Shown here: positions 49,763 to 63,676 of the stretch, in pieces
How positions within the stretch are numbered: the stretch's first letter is position 1
Layout of the letters: each line of letters opens with the position of its first letter
Assembly (NCBI RefSeq): GCF_006345805.1
Contig: NW_021836318.1
Location: 1 to 64,000, forward strand
Length of the DNA: 64,000 bases
Source of the DNA: Octopus sinensis
Taxonomy: Eukaryota
Direction: 5' to 3'
Notes under the pieces: model-generated
The model's input: only the letters and a program-made list of their open reading frames with translations
Database searches by the model: none
What the model was told of the DNA's origin: nothing
Program-made: the position numbers and the translations under genes

Positions 49763-52700
49763 GGGTACCATGTGAAGTAATGGTCCTATAATGTTCCTTA
49801 AATGCATAGCTGTAGAGAGGTACCATGTGGAGGTACAGTCCTATGATATACCTTAAATGCATAGCTGTAAAGAGGTACCATGTGGAGGTACAGTCCTATG
49901 ATATACCTTGATTGCATAGCTATAAGTAGGTACCATGTGGAGGTACAGTCCTATGATATACCTAGAAGCATAGCTGTAAAGAGGTACCATGTGGAGGTAC
50001 AGTCCTATGATATACCTTTAATGCATAGCTGTAAAGAGGTACCATTTGGAGGTACAGTCCTATGATATACCTTGAATGCATAGCTGTAAAGAGGTAACAT
50101 GTGGAGGTACAGTCCTATGATATACCTTGATTGCATAGCTGTAAAGAGGTACCATGTGGAGGTACAGTCCTATGATACACCTAAAATGCATAGCTGTAAA
50201 GAGGTACCATGTGGAGGTACAGTCCTATGATATACCTTGATTACATAGCTATAAGTAGGTACTTTGTGGAGGTACAGTCCTATGATATACCTAGAAAGCA
50301 TAGCTGTAAAGAGGTACCATGTGGAGGTACAGTCCTATGATATACCTTAAATGTACAGCTGTAAAGATGTACCATGTGGAGGTACAGTCCTATGATATAC
50401 CTAGAAAGCATAGCTGTAAAGAGGTACCATGTGGAGGTACAGTCCTATGATATACCTTTAATGCATAGCTGTAAAGAGGTACCATTTGGAGGTACAGTCC
50501 TATGATATACCTTAAATGCATAGCTGTAAAGAGGTACCATGTGGAGGTACAGTCCTATGATGTACACAGAACACTTTGCTGTAAAAGGTACCATGTGGAG
50601 GTACAGTCCTATGATATACCTTGATTGCATAGCTGTAAAGAGGTACCATGTGGAGGTACAGTCCTATGATATACCTTAAATGCATAGCTGTAAAGATGTA
50701 CCATGTGGAGGTACAGTCCTATGATATACCTAGAAGCATAGCTGTAAAGAGGTACCATGTGGAGGTACAGTCCTATGATGTACACAGAACACTTTGCTGT
50801 AAAAGGTACCATGTGGAGGTACAGTCCTATGATATACTTTGATTGCATAGCTGTAAGTAGGTACCATGTGGAGGTACAGTCCTATGATACACCTTAAATG
50901 CATAGCTGTAAAGAGGTACCATGTGGAGGTACAGTCCTATGATATACCTTGAATACATAGCTCTAAAGAGGTACCATGTGGAGGTACAGTCCTATGATAT
51001 ACCTTGAATACATAGCTGTAAAGAGGTACCATGTGGAGATACAGTCCTATGATATACCTTGAATGCATAGCTGTAAAGAGGTACCATGTGGAGGTACAGT
51101 CCTATGATATACCTTGAATGCATAGCTGTAAAGAGGTACCATGTGGAGGTACAGTCCTATGATATACCTTGAAACCATAGCTGTAAAGAGGTACCATGTG
51201 GTGGTACAGTCCTATGATATACCTTGAATGCATAGCTGTAAAGAGGTACCATGTGGAGGTACAGTCCTATGATATACCTTGAATGCATAGCTGTAAAGAG
51301 GTACCATGTGGAGGTACAGTCCTATGATGTACACAGAACACTTTGCTGTAAAAGGTACCATGTGGAGGTACAGTCCTATGATATACCTAGAAAGAATAGC
51401 TTTAAAGAGGTACCATATGGAGGTACAGTCCTATGATATACCTTGAATGCATAGCTGTAAAGAGGTACCATGTGGAGGTACAGTCCTATGATATACCTTG
51501 AATGTATAGCTGTAAAGAGGTACCATGTGGAGGTACAGTCCTATGATATACCTTGATTGCATAGCTGTAAGTAGGTACCATGTGGAGGTACAGTCCTATG
51601 ATATACCTAGAAAGCATAGCTGTAAAGAGGTACCATGTGGAGGTACAGTCCTATGATATACCTAGAAAGCATAGCTGTAAAGAGGTACCATGTGGAGGTA
51701 CAGTCCTATGATATACCTTGAATGCATAGCTGTAAAGAGGTACCATGTGGAGGTACAGTCCTATGATATACCTTGATTGCATAGCTGTAAAGACGTACCA
51801 TGTGGAGGTACAGTCCTATGATATACCTTAAATGCATAGCTGTAAAGAGGTACCATGTGGAGGTACAGTCCTATGATATACCTTGATTGCATAGCTGTAA
51901 AGACGTACCATGTGGAGGTACAGTCCTATGATATACCTAGAAAGCATAGCTTTAAAGGAGTACCATGTGGAGGTACAGTCCTATGATATACCTTGAATGC
52001 ATAGCTGTAAAGAGGTACCATGTGGAGGTACAGTCCTATGATATACCTTGAATGCATAGCTGTGAAGAGGTACCATGTGGAGGTACAGTCCTATGATATA
52101 CCTTGAATACATAGCTCTAAAGAGGTACCATGTGGAGGTACAGTCCTATGATGTACACAGAACACTTTGCTGTAAAAGGTACCATGTGGAGGTACAGTCC
52201 TATGATATACTTTGATTGCATAGCAGTAAGTAGGTACCATGTGGAGGTACAGTCCTGTGATACACCTTAAATGCATAGCTGTAAAAGGTACCATGTGGAG
52301 GTAGAGTCCAATGATATACTTTGATTGCATAGCAGTAAGTAGTTACCATGTGGAGGTACAGTCCTATGATATACCTTAAATGCATAGCTGTAAAGAGGTA
52401 CCATGTGGAGGTACAGTCCTATGATATACCTAGAAAGCATAGCTTTAAAGAGGTACCATGTGGAGGTACAGTCCTATGATATACCTTAAATGCATAGCTG
52501 TAGAGAGGTACCATGTGGAGGCACAGTCCTATGATATACCTAGAATGCATAGCTTTAAAGAAGTACCATGTGGAGGTACAGTCCTATGATATACCTTAAA
52601 TGCATAGCTGTAAAGAGGTACCATGTGGAGGTACAGTCCTATGATATACCTAGAAAGCATAGCTTTAAAGAGGTACCATGTGGAGGTACAGTCCTTTGAT

Positions 52701-54973
52701 ATACCTTAAATGCATAGCTGTAGAGTGGTACCATGTGGAGGTACAGTCCTATGATATACCTAGAAAGCATAGCTTTAAAGAAGTACCATGTGGAGGTACA
52801 GTCCTATGATATACCTTAAATGCATAGCTGCAAAGAGGTACCATGTGGAGGTACAGTCCTATGATATATCTTGAATGCATAGCTGTAAAGAGGTACCATG
52901 TGGAGGTACAGTCCTATGATATACCTTAAATGCATAGCTGTAAAGAGGTACCATGTGGAGGTACAGTCCTATGATATATCTTGAATGCATAGCTGTAAAG
53001 AGGTACCATGTGGAGGTACAGTCCTATGATATACCTTGAATGCATAGCTGTAAAGATGTACCATGTGGAGGTACAGTCCTATGATATACCTAGAAAGCAT
53101 AGCTGTAAAGAGGTACCATGTGGAGGTACAGTCCTATGATATACCTTGAATACATAGCTTTAAAGAGGTACCATGTGGAGGTACAGTCCTATGATGTACC
53201 TAGAAAGCATAGCTTTAAAGAAGTACCATGTGGAGGTACAGTCCTATGATATACCTTAAAGGCATAGCTGCAAAGAGGTACCATGTGGAGGTACAGTCCT
53301 ATGATATATCTTGAATGCATAGCTGTAAAGAGGTACCATGTGGAGGTACAGTCCTATGATATACCTTGAATACATAGCTGTAAAGAGGTACCATGTGGAG
53401 GTACAGTCCTATGATATACCTTGAATGCATAGCTGTAAAGAGGTACCATGTGGAGGTACAGTCCTATGATATACCTTAAATGCATAGCTTTAAAGAGGTA
53501 CCATGTGGAGGTACAGTCCTATGATGTACACAGAACACTTTGCTGTATGTAGGTACCATGTGGAGGTACAGTCCTATGATATACCTAGAAAGCATAGCTT
53601 TAAAGAAGTACCATGTGGAGGTACAGTCCTATGATATACCTAGAAAGCATAGCTGTAAAGAGGTACCATGTGGAGGTACAGTCCTATGATGTATCTTGAA
53701 TGCATAGCTGTAAAGAGGTACCATGTGGAGGTACAGTCCTATGATATACCTTAAATGCATAGCTGTAAAGAGGTACCATGTGGAGGTACAGTCCTATGAT
53801 ATACCTTGAATACATAGCTGTAAAGAGGTACCATGTGGAGGTACAGTCCTATGATATACCTTGAATGCATAGCTGTAAAGAGGTACCATGTGGAGGTACA
53901 GTCCTATGATGTACACAGAACACTTTGCTGTAAAAGGTACCATGTGGAGGTACAGTCCTATGATATACTTTAAATGCATAGCTTTAAAGATGTACCATGT
54001 GGAGGTACAGTCATATGATATACCTTGAATGCATAGCTGTAAAGAGGTACTATGTGGAGGTACAGTCCTATGATGTACACAGAACACTGTGCTGTAAAAG
54101 GTACCATGTGGAGGAACAGTCCTATGATATACCTAGAAAGCATAGCTGTAAAGAGGTACCATGTGGAGGTACAGTCCGATGGTATACCGTGAATGCATAG
54201 CTGTAAAGAGGTACCATGTGGAGGTACAGTCCTATGATATACCTTGAATGCATAGCTGTAAAGAGGTACCATGTGGAGGTACAGTCCTATGATATACCTA
54301 GAAAGCATAGCTGTAAGAGGTACCATGTGGAGGTACAGTCCTATGATATACCTTGAATGCATAGCTGTAAAGAGGTACCATGTGGAGGTACAGTCCTATG
54401 ATATACCTAGAAAGCATAGCTGTAAAGAGGTACCATGTGGAGGTACAGTCCTATGATATACCTTGAATGCATAGCTGTAAAGAGGTACCATGTGGAGGTA
54501 CAGTCCTATGATATACCTAGAAAGCATAGCTGTAAAGAGGTACCATGTGGAGGTACAGTCCTATGATATACCTAGAAAGCATAGCTGTAAAGAGGTACCA
54601 TGTGGAGGTACAATCCTATGATATACCTAGAAAGCATAGCTGTAAAGAGGTACCATGTGGAGGTACAGTCCTATGATATACCTTGAATGTATAGCTGTAA
54701 AGAGGTACCATGTGGAGGTACAGTCCTATGATATACCTAGAAAGCATAGCTGTAAAGAGGTACCATGTGGAGGTACAGTCCTATGATAATCCTTGAATGC
54801 ATAGCTGTAAAGAGGTACCATGTGGAGGTACAGTCCTATGATATACCTAGAAAGCATAGCTGTCAAGAGGTACCATGTGGAGGTACAGTCCTCTGATATA
54901 CCTAGAAAGCATAGCTGTAAAGAGGTACCATGTGGAGGTACAGTCCTATGATATACCTTGAATGCATAGCTGT
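49763..54973. repeat. 55-bp satellite, about 95 copies
   Basis: Consensus atgcatagctgtaaagaggtaccatgtggaggtacagtcctatgatataccttga, head to tail, with one KpnI site per unit. Confidence 0.98.
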
Positions 54974-55460
54974 ATGTATCATGTTGTCATATTCTATTGA
55001 TTTTGTTTTATGAAAGGGCATTTGTTCATGGAATTTTTTGTGTGGCAGATAAAAATGCTCCATTGCAATATTTAGATATTTCATAATATATTTTGTGTTC
55101 AACTCCCACTGTTACAAAGTTTGTGTTTTATCAACCCTGGAATGACAGAACATTTATAATATAAAATGCCAGGCTTTTATTGGTTTACATTTCATCAACT
55201 GTACAGCCTTCCCTGCTAAAACTTTTGTCTCATGTTTATGTTCAACACACGACTGCTGCTGTCTGATTTAATAAAGTTCTTGAAAAAATCATCTCCCTTC
55301 TGTTTCTCCTACGTGGATTGACATTCTTCTTTCAATGTTCCAGATTCAACAAAAGAACCCTCTCCCCGCCTGGTTTTTTTTTCACTTGTGTTAAAATCAA
55401 TGTTCATTTTTGTATTTTGTCCTCATGATGTTCATGGCTCTGAAGATACCAAAGTTAATA

Positions 55461-57500
55461 TGTCTCTGTCTCTGTACTGTCCTCTTGTAATGTCTCCCTC
55501 GTCTCTGTGCTGTCTTCCTGTAATGTCTCTCATCTCTGTAGTATTTTCTCGTAATGTCCCTTGTCTCTGTACTGTCCTCTTGTAATGTCCCTCATCTCTG
55601 TACTGTCCTCCTGTAATGTCCCTTGTCTCTGTACTGTCCTCTTGTAATGTCTCCCTCATCTCTGTACTGTCCTCCTGTAATGTCCCTTGTCTCTGTACTG
55701 TCCTCTTGTAATGTCTCCCTCATCTCTGTACTGTCTTCCTGTAATGTCCCTTGTCTCTGTACTGTCTTCCTGTCATGTCTCTTCATCTCTGCAGTATTTT
55801 CTCGTAATGTCCCTTGTCTCTGTACTGTCCTCTTGTAATGTCCCTCATCTCTGTACTGTCCTCCTGTAATGTCCCTTGTCTCTGTACTGTCCTTTTGTAA
55901 TGTCCCTCATCTCTGTACTGTTCTCCTGTAATGTCCCTTGTCTCTGTACTGTCCTCTTGTAATGTCCCTCATCTCTGTACTGTCCTCCTGTAATGTCCCT
56001 TGTCTCTGTACTGTCCTCCTGTAATGTCCCTTGTCTCTGTACTGTCCTCCTGTAATGTCCCTTGTCTCTGTACTGTCCTCCTGTAATGTCCCTTGTCGCT
56101 GTACTGTCCTCCTGTAATGTCCCTTGTCTCTCCTGTCCTCCTGTAATGTCCCTCCTCTCTGTACTGTCCTCCTGTAATGTCCCTTGTCTCTGTACGGTCT
56201 CTTGTAATGTCTCCTTCATCTCTGTACTGTCCCTTGACTCTGTAATGTCTCCCTCATCTCTGTACTGTCCCTTGACTCTGTACTGTCCTCTTGTAATGTC
56301 TCCCTCATCTCTGTACTGTCTTCCTGTAATGTCTCTTCATCTCTGTAGTATTTTCTCGTAACGTCCCTTGTCTCTGTACTGTCCTCTTGTAATGTCCCTC
56401 ATCTCTGTACTGTCTTCCTGTAATGTCCCTTGTCTCTGTACTGTCTTCCTGTAATGTCCCTTGTCTCTGTACTGTCTTCCTGTAATGTCCCTTGTCTCTG
56501 TACTGTCTTCCTGTAATGTCCCTTGTCTCTGTACTGTCCTCTTGTAATGTCTCCCTTGTCTCTGTACTGTCTTCCTGTAATGTCCCTTGTCTCTGTACTG
56601 TCTTCCTGTAATGTCCCTTGTCTCTGTAATGTCTTCCTGTAATGTCCCTTGTCTCTGTACTGTCCTCTTGTAATGTCTCCCTCGTCTCTGTAATGTCCCT
56701 TGTCTCTGTACTGTCCTTTTGTAATGTCCCTCATCTCTGTACTGTTCTCCTGTAATGTCCCTTGTCTCTGTACTGTCCTCTTGTAATGTCTCTTCATCTC
56801 TGTAGTATTTTCTCGTAATGTCCCTTGTCTCTGTTCTGTCCTCTTGTAATGTCACTCATCTCTGTGCTGTCCTCCTGTAATGTCCCTTGTCTCTGTACTG
56901 TCCTCTTGTAATGTCTCCCTCGTCTCTGTACTGTCTTCCTGTAATGTCCCTTGTCTCTGTACTGTCCTTCTGTAATGTCCCTTGTCTCTGTACTGTCCTC
57001 CTGTAATGTCCCTTGTCTCTGTACTGTCCTCTTGTAATGTCTTCCTTGTCTCTGTGCTGTCCTTCTGTAATGTCCCTTGTCTCTGTACTGTCCTCTTATA
57101 ATGTCTCCCTCGTCTCTGTACTGTCCTCCTGTAATGTCTCTTATCTCTGTACTGTCCTCCTGCAATGTCACCTATCTCTGTTCTGTCCTTTTGTAATGTC
57201 CCTCATCTCTGTACTGTCCTCCTGTAATGTCCCTTGTCTCTGTACTGTCCTCCTGTAATGTCCCTTGTCTCTGTACTGTCCTCCTGTAATGTCCCTTGTC
57301 TCTGTACTGTCCTCCTGTAATGTCCCTTGTCTCTGTACTGTCCTCTTGTAATGTCTCTCATTTCTATACTGTGCTCTTGTAGTGTCCCTAACCTCTGTAA
57401 TATTCTCTCGTAATATTGCAATAATCTTTGTAAAGTCCCTTGTCTTTGTAATGTTCCAATGTCCCTCATTTCTGTGTTGTCCTCTTGTAATATCCATAAA
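55461..57500. repeat. 31-33-bp satellite, about 65 copies
   Basis: Consensus tgtaatgtcccttgtctctgtactgtcctcc. Confidence 0.97.
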
Positions 57501-57964
57501 CTGTGTAATGTCCTTTTGTAATTATCTCCAATCTTTGTCCACTCATCCACTCATAACACCCATCATCTGCAATGCTCTGAAATTATCAATTAGCAGTAAA
57601 TTAATTTCGGATTTATATTTTAGTCTTTTACATCCACGGGAAGGTAGAAGTGCTGATTTATTCGTGGAGGACAATAATGTATTCTGAGGAAGACTTTAGC
57701 ACCATTTCTTGCAGGTCGAGTAATTGCATAAAGGCTTCCTCACTTGCTTACAGTCTTCCATATTATATGTATGTTTAGTTTTCAGCTCAGCCTTCACTGA
57801 GGAGACAGACCTATAAATATGACATTCCAGTTATGACCAACCATTCTCTCCTTTTTTTTTTCTATCAGATCAGTGATCACATTATCCAAATAACCTTTTT
57901 ATCAAATGGGTGTAGTTTGAAGGGAACTTGTGACCAACCATCCTTTTTTTTTTTCCATCAGATC

Positions 57965-58274
57965 AGGGATCACATTATCCAATTATACCCTCCCATTTTT
58001 TTTTTTTCAAGATGACCGAATGTAGTTTGAGACAGCTTGTCTGTTTTTGTTTGGACCCAGGTCAAGCCTGATTAAGCACGACTGTGATCAAGCATATTCC
58101 AGCCATGACCATCCCTTCTCAATAGTTTCAGACATAGTGTATCTAGAACTACATTCTCCCAAGTCCTTCATTGCAAAGTGTGGTTCAAAGGAGACCTGTC
58201 TAACTGTCGTTGTTTAGCCCCAGGTCAGTTCTGATTGAGTTCAACTATGAGCAAAAGATTCCAGTTGTGACCAT
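57965..58274 (+). repeat. About 310-bp direct repeat (second copy at 59969-60283)
   Basis: agggatcacattatccaattataccctcccat...caaaagattccagttgtgaccat, highly similar in both places. Confidence 0.9.
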
Positions 58275-59169
58275 TCCATCAATTTTATCAGGCATAGTCT
58301 CTTTACAACCACAGGCCATGCTTTTTGGAAGTCTCTCAATAAAACTTATGATCAAAGACAGTCAACCCATGACCATCTTGACATATTATTCTTTTCAGAC
58401 CTGAGATTATATTGCATAATATATCCTTCCCTTTTTTTTTTTTAAGGAATAGGGTCTGGTTGGAGGGAGGACTTGCTTGGTCTATCTTTCAGCTCAGCTG
58501 ACAACAAACATGGTCTCACACTGTCCATGGGGTACAACATAACAACTACTGCAGTGTCCATGTCCCCTGACTCTCTGTAGAGAACCCCTAAACCTATAAA
58601 AAATATCAAAACTTAATATATAAATAAAATAAAAAAGAACAAAAAATTTTTTATTAATATTTTTGATCTTTTTTGTTTGTTGTCTTTTTTTTTTAATCTT
58701 TATGGGGTTTTTGGCATTTTTTTTTTGAATATAGAATGTCCCAAAAGCAGTACCCAAATTTGAATTGAATACATATCTATTGGGCAATTACTTTTGGGAC
58801 ATCTTACTCTCACTATAGTTTTTTTGTAATTGCTGTTGTTTTTGTTGTTGATGTTGTCTTTTGTGAATCTATGTTGAGAAAGAAAAAATATAAATTGAAA
58901 AAATAAAAACAAAAAAAAAGTATTTATTTGGTGAATATATATATAAGCATATGAAGATTTTAAATATTTATAGAAACTACTTTTGTTTTGTATTTGTATT
59001 TATGTTGTCCGTGTCATTGTTGTTGTAATTTATGTAAATTTATGTAAATAAATAAACAAAGAAAACCCAACCAAAATCATTTGTTTCTGTGTTCTTATTT
59101 TTGGGAGGCTGGGGGTTGACATGGTTTTTAAATTTTTGATTTTACTCGCTTTAATCATTGGACAATGTA

Positions 59170-59537
59170 ATAGTGATGACGAGGGTTCCAGTTGATCCGA
59201 ATCAATGGAACAGCCTGCTCGTGAAATTAACGCATAAGTGGCTGAGCACTCCACAGACACGTGCACCCTTAACGTAGTTCTCGGGGATATTCAGCGTGAC
59301 ACAGAGAGTGACAAGGCCGGCCCTTTGAAGTACAGGTACAACAGAAACAGGAAGTAAGAGTGAGAGAAAGTTGTGGTGAAAGAGTACAGCAGGGATCACC
59401 ACCATCCCCTGCCAGAGCCTCGTGGAGCTTTTAGGTGTTTTCGCTCAATAAACACTCACAACGCCCGGTCTGGGAATCGAAACCGCGATCCTATGGCCGC
59501 AAGTCTGCTGCCCTGACCACTGGGCCATTGCGCCTCC
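59170..59537 (-). mobile_element. SINE family E, well preserved (tRNA-derived head)
   Basis: Minus-strand head ggaggcgcaatggcccagtggtcagggcagc..ggtttcgattcccagaccgggcg with A- and B-box-like motifs. Confidence 0.85.
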
Positions 59538-60492
59538 AGTTATGTAAGTACTTCATCAGGGAAAACATTTTGAAATACCCATCCATCCAGCCAGCCATCT
59601 ACTCTACCCAGTATTCTAGAGAGGGCTGTGAGGGTAGAGCCCCTAGCCCCACGTCACCCATAGGGTCCTCTCAGAAGCAACTGTCATTACACTTTCCAGC
59701 TGGATTCCCAAACAGGACCAAATGAAACTATAGAAGTTATCCAACCATTTTGTTCTCAGTTTATCTTTAGGTCTCCTATTGGTTGGCTCAGCTTGAATTC
59801 GTCTTGCATTTCTTTCCTGAGACATTCTAATGCCATGTTTGTTGTACCAGAGCTGTGAGCTTTCAGTGTGAAGAAGTAGCAGCTCACCCGGAGAGATTCC
59901 CTGAGACTATGGCTATTACCCAACCATCCTTGGTCTACCCCTAGGTTTTGGCTTAGTTTGAAGAACCCAGGGATCACATTATCCAATTATACCCTCCCAT
60001 TTTTTAAACATTTTTTCAAGATGACCGAGTGTAGTTTGAGAGAGCTTGTCTGTTTTTGTTTGGACCCAGGTCAAGCCTGATTAAGCATGACTGTGATCAA
60101 GCATATTCCAGCCATGACCATCCCTTCTGAATAGTTTCAGACATAGTGTATCTGGAACTACATTCTCCCATGTCCTTCATTGCAGAGTTTGGTTCAAAGG
60201 AGACCTGTCTAACTGTCGTTGTTTAGCCCCGGGTCAGTTCTGATTGAGCTCAACTATGAGCAAAAGATTCCAGTTGTGACCATCTCATGTCATTCTTGTC
60301 CCATCTGTAGTACCAAAGCTGTGATCATCCAATGCAGAGATACAGCAGTTTAACCTGTAGGGACACCTGATCGCGAATCTATGCAGCCTGTTGAGTAAAT
60401 GTTACCCCAGGGATCCTTTGGAGGCTCTCCATTTTGGCTGCTTGCATTCACGATCACAATCTTTCAGTCACAACCCAATATTCATGACCATA

Positions 60493-60869
60493 CACTACCG
60501 TCAGAAATTAATTAGCACCCTTGATTTGCTCTTCACTCAAGGTATGTGCTGTCACCTAGTGGCCATATCTTGAACTATTGCTTTGTTGCGAGTTCACTGT
60601 TGCGCAGAACGATGACGTAACTTTGTTTGCAGAGCAGTTTGAGAGTCTACAGCCTTATGATGTTGACATAGCAGTGCAACAACTTGGAGTGCGGATGCAG
60701 ACAAATCTTCCTTTGTTTAATAGATATAGGTAACGCCTCGCAAGGACCGAAATCACACCATACTAAGTTTTCTCATCGCGTAAGGCGTTTTGAACAGCTC
60801 AAAGGTTAATTGATTTAACCTATTTAATGTAGAAATTTGAGATGTGCTAATTAATTTCTGACGCAAGTG
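60493..60869. mobile_element. Tc1/mariner-type MITE
   Basis: TA|CACTACCGTCAGAAATTAATTAGCAC...GTGCTAATTAATTTCTGACGCAAGTG|TA. Confidence 0.88.
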
Positions 60870-61232
60870 TAGGTGAGAATAAGCAATTGACTTTTTTTTA
60901 ACCAACCTCTCCTCTTCTGAAGATCAAATGCTCCAGCTGGCACATTACTCTGCCAGTACTTGCAATTCTAGCATCTGATTCAGCCTCCTGCTTACCATTA
61001 CTCATAAATATGGCCCTGAGATACTTAAACCTCTCCACACATCTCAATGATGTTCCACTAACATGTACAGGCTTTCCTGAATGGATTGAAAGTAGAGATT
61101 GCTTTGTTTAACAGTTTCTTCTTTGGCTGTAAAACATTGTGAACAAAAGCAACTTGGTGTGTTGCCAGATGGCAAAAGAAGCCCTTGGTTTAAACAGGAA
61201 ATTAAAAATGCCCAATAAGGTTTGAGAATCAG

Positions 61233-61461
61233 TTAACCCTTTAGGGTTCGCATTATTCTGCCAAAATTAATCCTTTTTCATCCACATTGTTTTGAACAAA
61301 TCATGCATTATCTTGTAGCTATGAGATTTTGATGAGGTAGCTGTTAATTTTTAAAACGATATTGTGGGGTTGGTGTGAGAGACCAGATCTGGCCAGTTTG
61401 ACCATAAAACAGGCAGAATACTTTTGGCCGGATATGGCCGGTTTAAATGCTAAAGGGTTAA
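61233..61461. mobile_element. piggyBac-type MITE (second family)
   Basis: TTAA|CCCTTTAG...CTAAAGGG|TTAA. Confidence 0.85.
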
Positions 61462-61555
61462 AGCTGTTCATGGTTTTTCAATCTACAGAGAAATGTGTTA
61501 ACGTTTTATCTGCCAAAGAAATAAAAACCTTTATATTGGTTGGAGGAGAGTAACC

Positions 61556-61966
61556 TACTCTTTTTTCTTTTACTCTCTTTTACTTGTTTCAGTCATTTGA
61601 CTGCGGCCATGCTGGAGCACCGCCTTTAGTCGAGCAAATCGACCCTGGGACTTACTCTTTGTAAGCCCAGTACTTATTCTATCGGTCTCTTTTGCCGAAC
61701 CGCTAAGTGACGGGGACGTAAACACACCAGCATCGGTTGTCAAGCAATGCTAGGGGGACAAACACAGACACACAAACACGCATATATATATATACATATA
61801 TACGACAGATTTCTTTCAGTTTCCGTCGACCAAATCCACTCACAAGGCATTGGTCGGCCTGGGGCTATAGCAGAAGACACTTGCCCAAGATGCCACGCAG
61901 TGGGACTGAACCCGGAACCATGTGGTTGGTAAGCAAGCTACTAACCACACAGCCACTCATGCGCCT
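61556..61966 (-). mobile_element. SINE family A, full length (followed by an RTE-tail remnant at about 61990-62150)
   Basis: Standard head and tail. Downstream aagaagggcatccagcc..ccatccaacccatgccag. Confidence 0.9.
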
Positions 61967-62278
61967 ACTGATTAAGTTTCTGCAAATGCACCTTGTCGGT
62001 GCCACATGAAAAGTACACTCTGTAAAGTTGTTGGTTTTAAGAAGGGCATCCAGCCAAAGAAACCTTGCCAAAACAGACAAATGGAGCTTGGTGCTGCCAA
62101 ACCATCCAACCCATGCCAGAATGGAGAAAAGATGTTAAATGATGTGTTGAGGATATATATACATACATACATATATATACATACATACATATATATACAT
62201 ACATACATATATATACATACATACATATATATACATACATACATACATATATATACATACATACATATATTTACATAC

Positions 62279-62311
<33 letters not shown>

Positions 62312-62356
62312 CATACATACATATATATACATACATACATATATATATATATATTT

Positions 62357-63407
62357 TGTTACGAAGGTGGGGACCTCCTATTCGAACTGTTACGGAATCC
62401 CTCACACCCGGGCCCGTTCGATGCAGCGAATGTTTTCACTGCGGAAACTCGTCGGAGAGGAGAGGAGAGACACAACAACAACACCAGGAGAAGCAGCACA
62501 GAGAGATACAGAGGCAACCGAGAGAGACACAAAGAGGCAAGGCACAACTGGCTTACATTTAACAACTAGTTTATGACAATCAATTGTTACAACATCAAAG
62601 CATTTGAAGGAAACAACAAATCAATACAGGTATACAACAGATCAAAGCATTCAAAGTTGCAGATACAATGTAACCGTCTGGTAACGACACAACAAGTTCA
62701 ATAACAACAGCAATTAAAGAATACACGTCCGATGACACAGTTCTATTTCAAAACACATCAACAAGTCATATACAGTTCGAAGGACATTACAGGCCTAACA
62801 GTTCAATGTTCATTATACAATGTTCGTATCACAACAATTCACATTACAGTTCAAAGTCTTTAATGACTACATCAGAGTCCTTCTTTTTCTCTCTCTTTCT
62901 TCTTTCTTTTTTTTTCTTTTACAGTCTCTTTACATCGTAACACGTATCAATACATAATTAAATACCTTTAGTTCCTACTAGAATAGCCAGTGTCCCATAT
63001 TGTAGTTCCTCTCTAACAGCCGCCTATTCCTCTGTATATATCCCTCTCTGTACTGCTAACTCCAACCTGCCAAGCTCTTGCATCCCAACCGCCCGCCTTG
63101 ACGACCAAAATCCGACTGTTCGCTTTGACGACCGAATCCCGACTGTCCAAAAACCTCTTACTCTATCACTACCATCAATCCCTCTCTGCACTGCTAATAT
63201 CCTCTCTATCTCCTCTCAGATTCCTTACTCTATCTTTCTCACTACTTTCCTCTTCCTCTTCTTCAAGGGGTGTTTAGAACGACCTCTAGTTCACCCGAAA
63301 GGGGTCGCAGGTCCACCCAGAACCGATCAATCCACCTGAATCTGACAGGACAATGGGTTTATCCCAAAAGTAGGTCACCAGCTCTGTCCTTAAGCTGAAT
63401 CACAACA
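62357..63407. mobile_element. Possible solo LTR (about 1.05 kb)
   Basis: Starts TGTT and ends AACA, with short internal direct repeats and non-AT-rich composition. No clean TSD. Confidence 0.4.
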
Positions 63408-63435
63408 ATATATATATATATATATACACACACAC

Positions 63436-63664
63436 AAGGTGGCGAGCTGGCAGAAACGTTAGCACACCGGGCAAAATGCGTAGCCGTATTTCGTCTGCCG
63501 CTGCGTTCTGGGTTCAAATTCCGCTGAGGTTGACTTTGCCTTTCATCCTTTCGGGGTTGATAAATTAAGTACCAGTTACGCACTGGGGCCGATGTAATCG
63601 ACTTAATCCGTTTGTCTGTCCTTGTTTGTCCCCTGTGTTTAGCCCCTTGTGGGTAGTAAAGAAA
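63436..63664 (+). mobile_element. SINE family C, full length
   Basis: aaggtggcgagctggcagaaacgttagc...gggttcaaattccgc...gtgggtagtaaagaaat. Confidence 0.88.
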
Positions 63665-63676
63665 TATATATATATA

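Noticed and set aside
49763-54973. CRISPR-like appearance (constant repeat plus variable segment)
   Set aside because: The variable segments are a handful of recurring homologous variants, not unique spacers. No cas genes, and the context is eukaryotic.
55432-57550. Minus-strand repetitive ORFs (QRQGTLQEDST...) suggesting a repeat protein
   Set aside because: The 31-bp unit is not a multiple of 3, frames cycle and shift with 33-bp variants, and there is no start or splice context.
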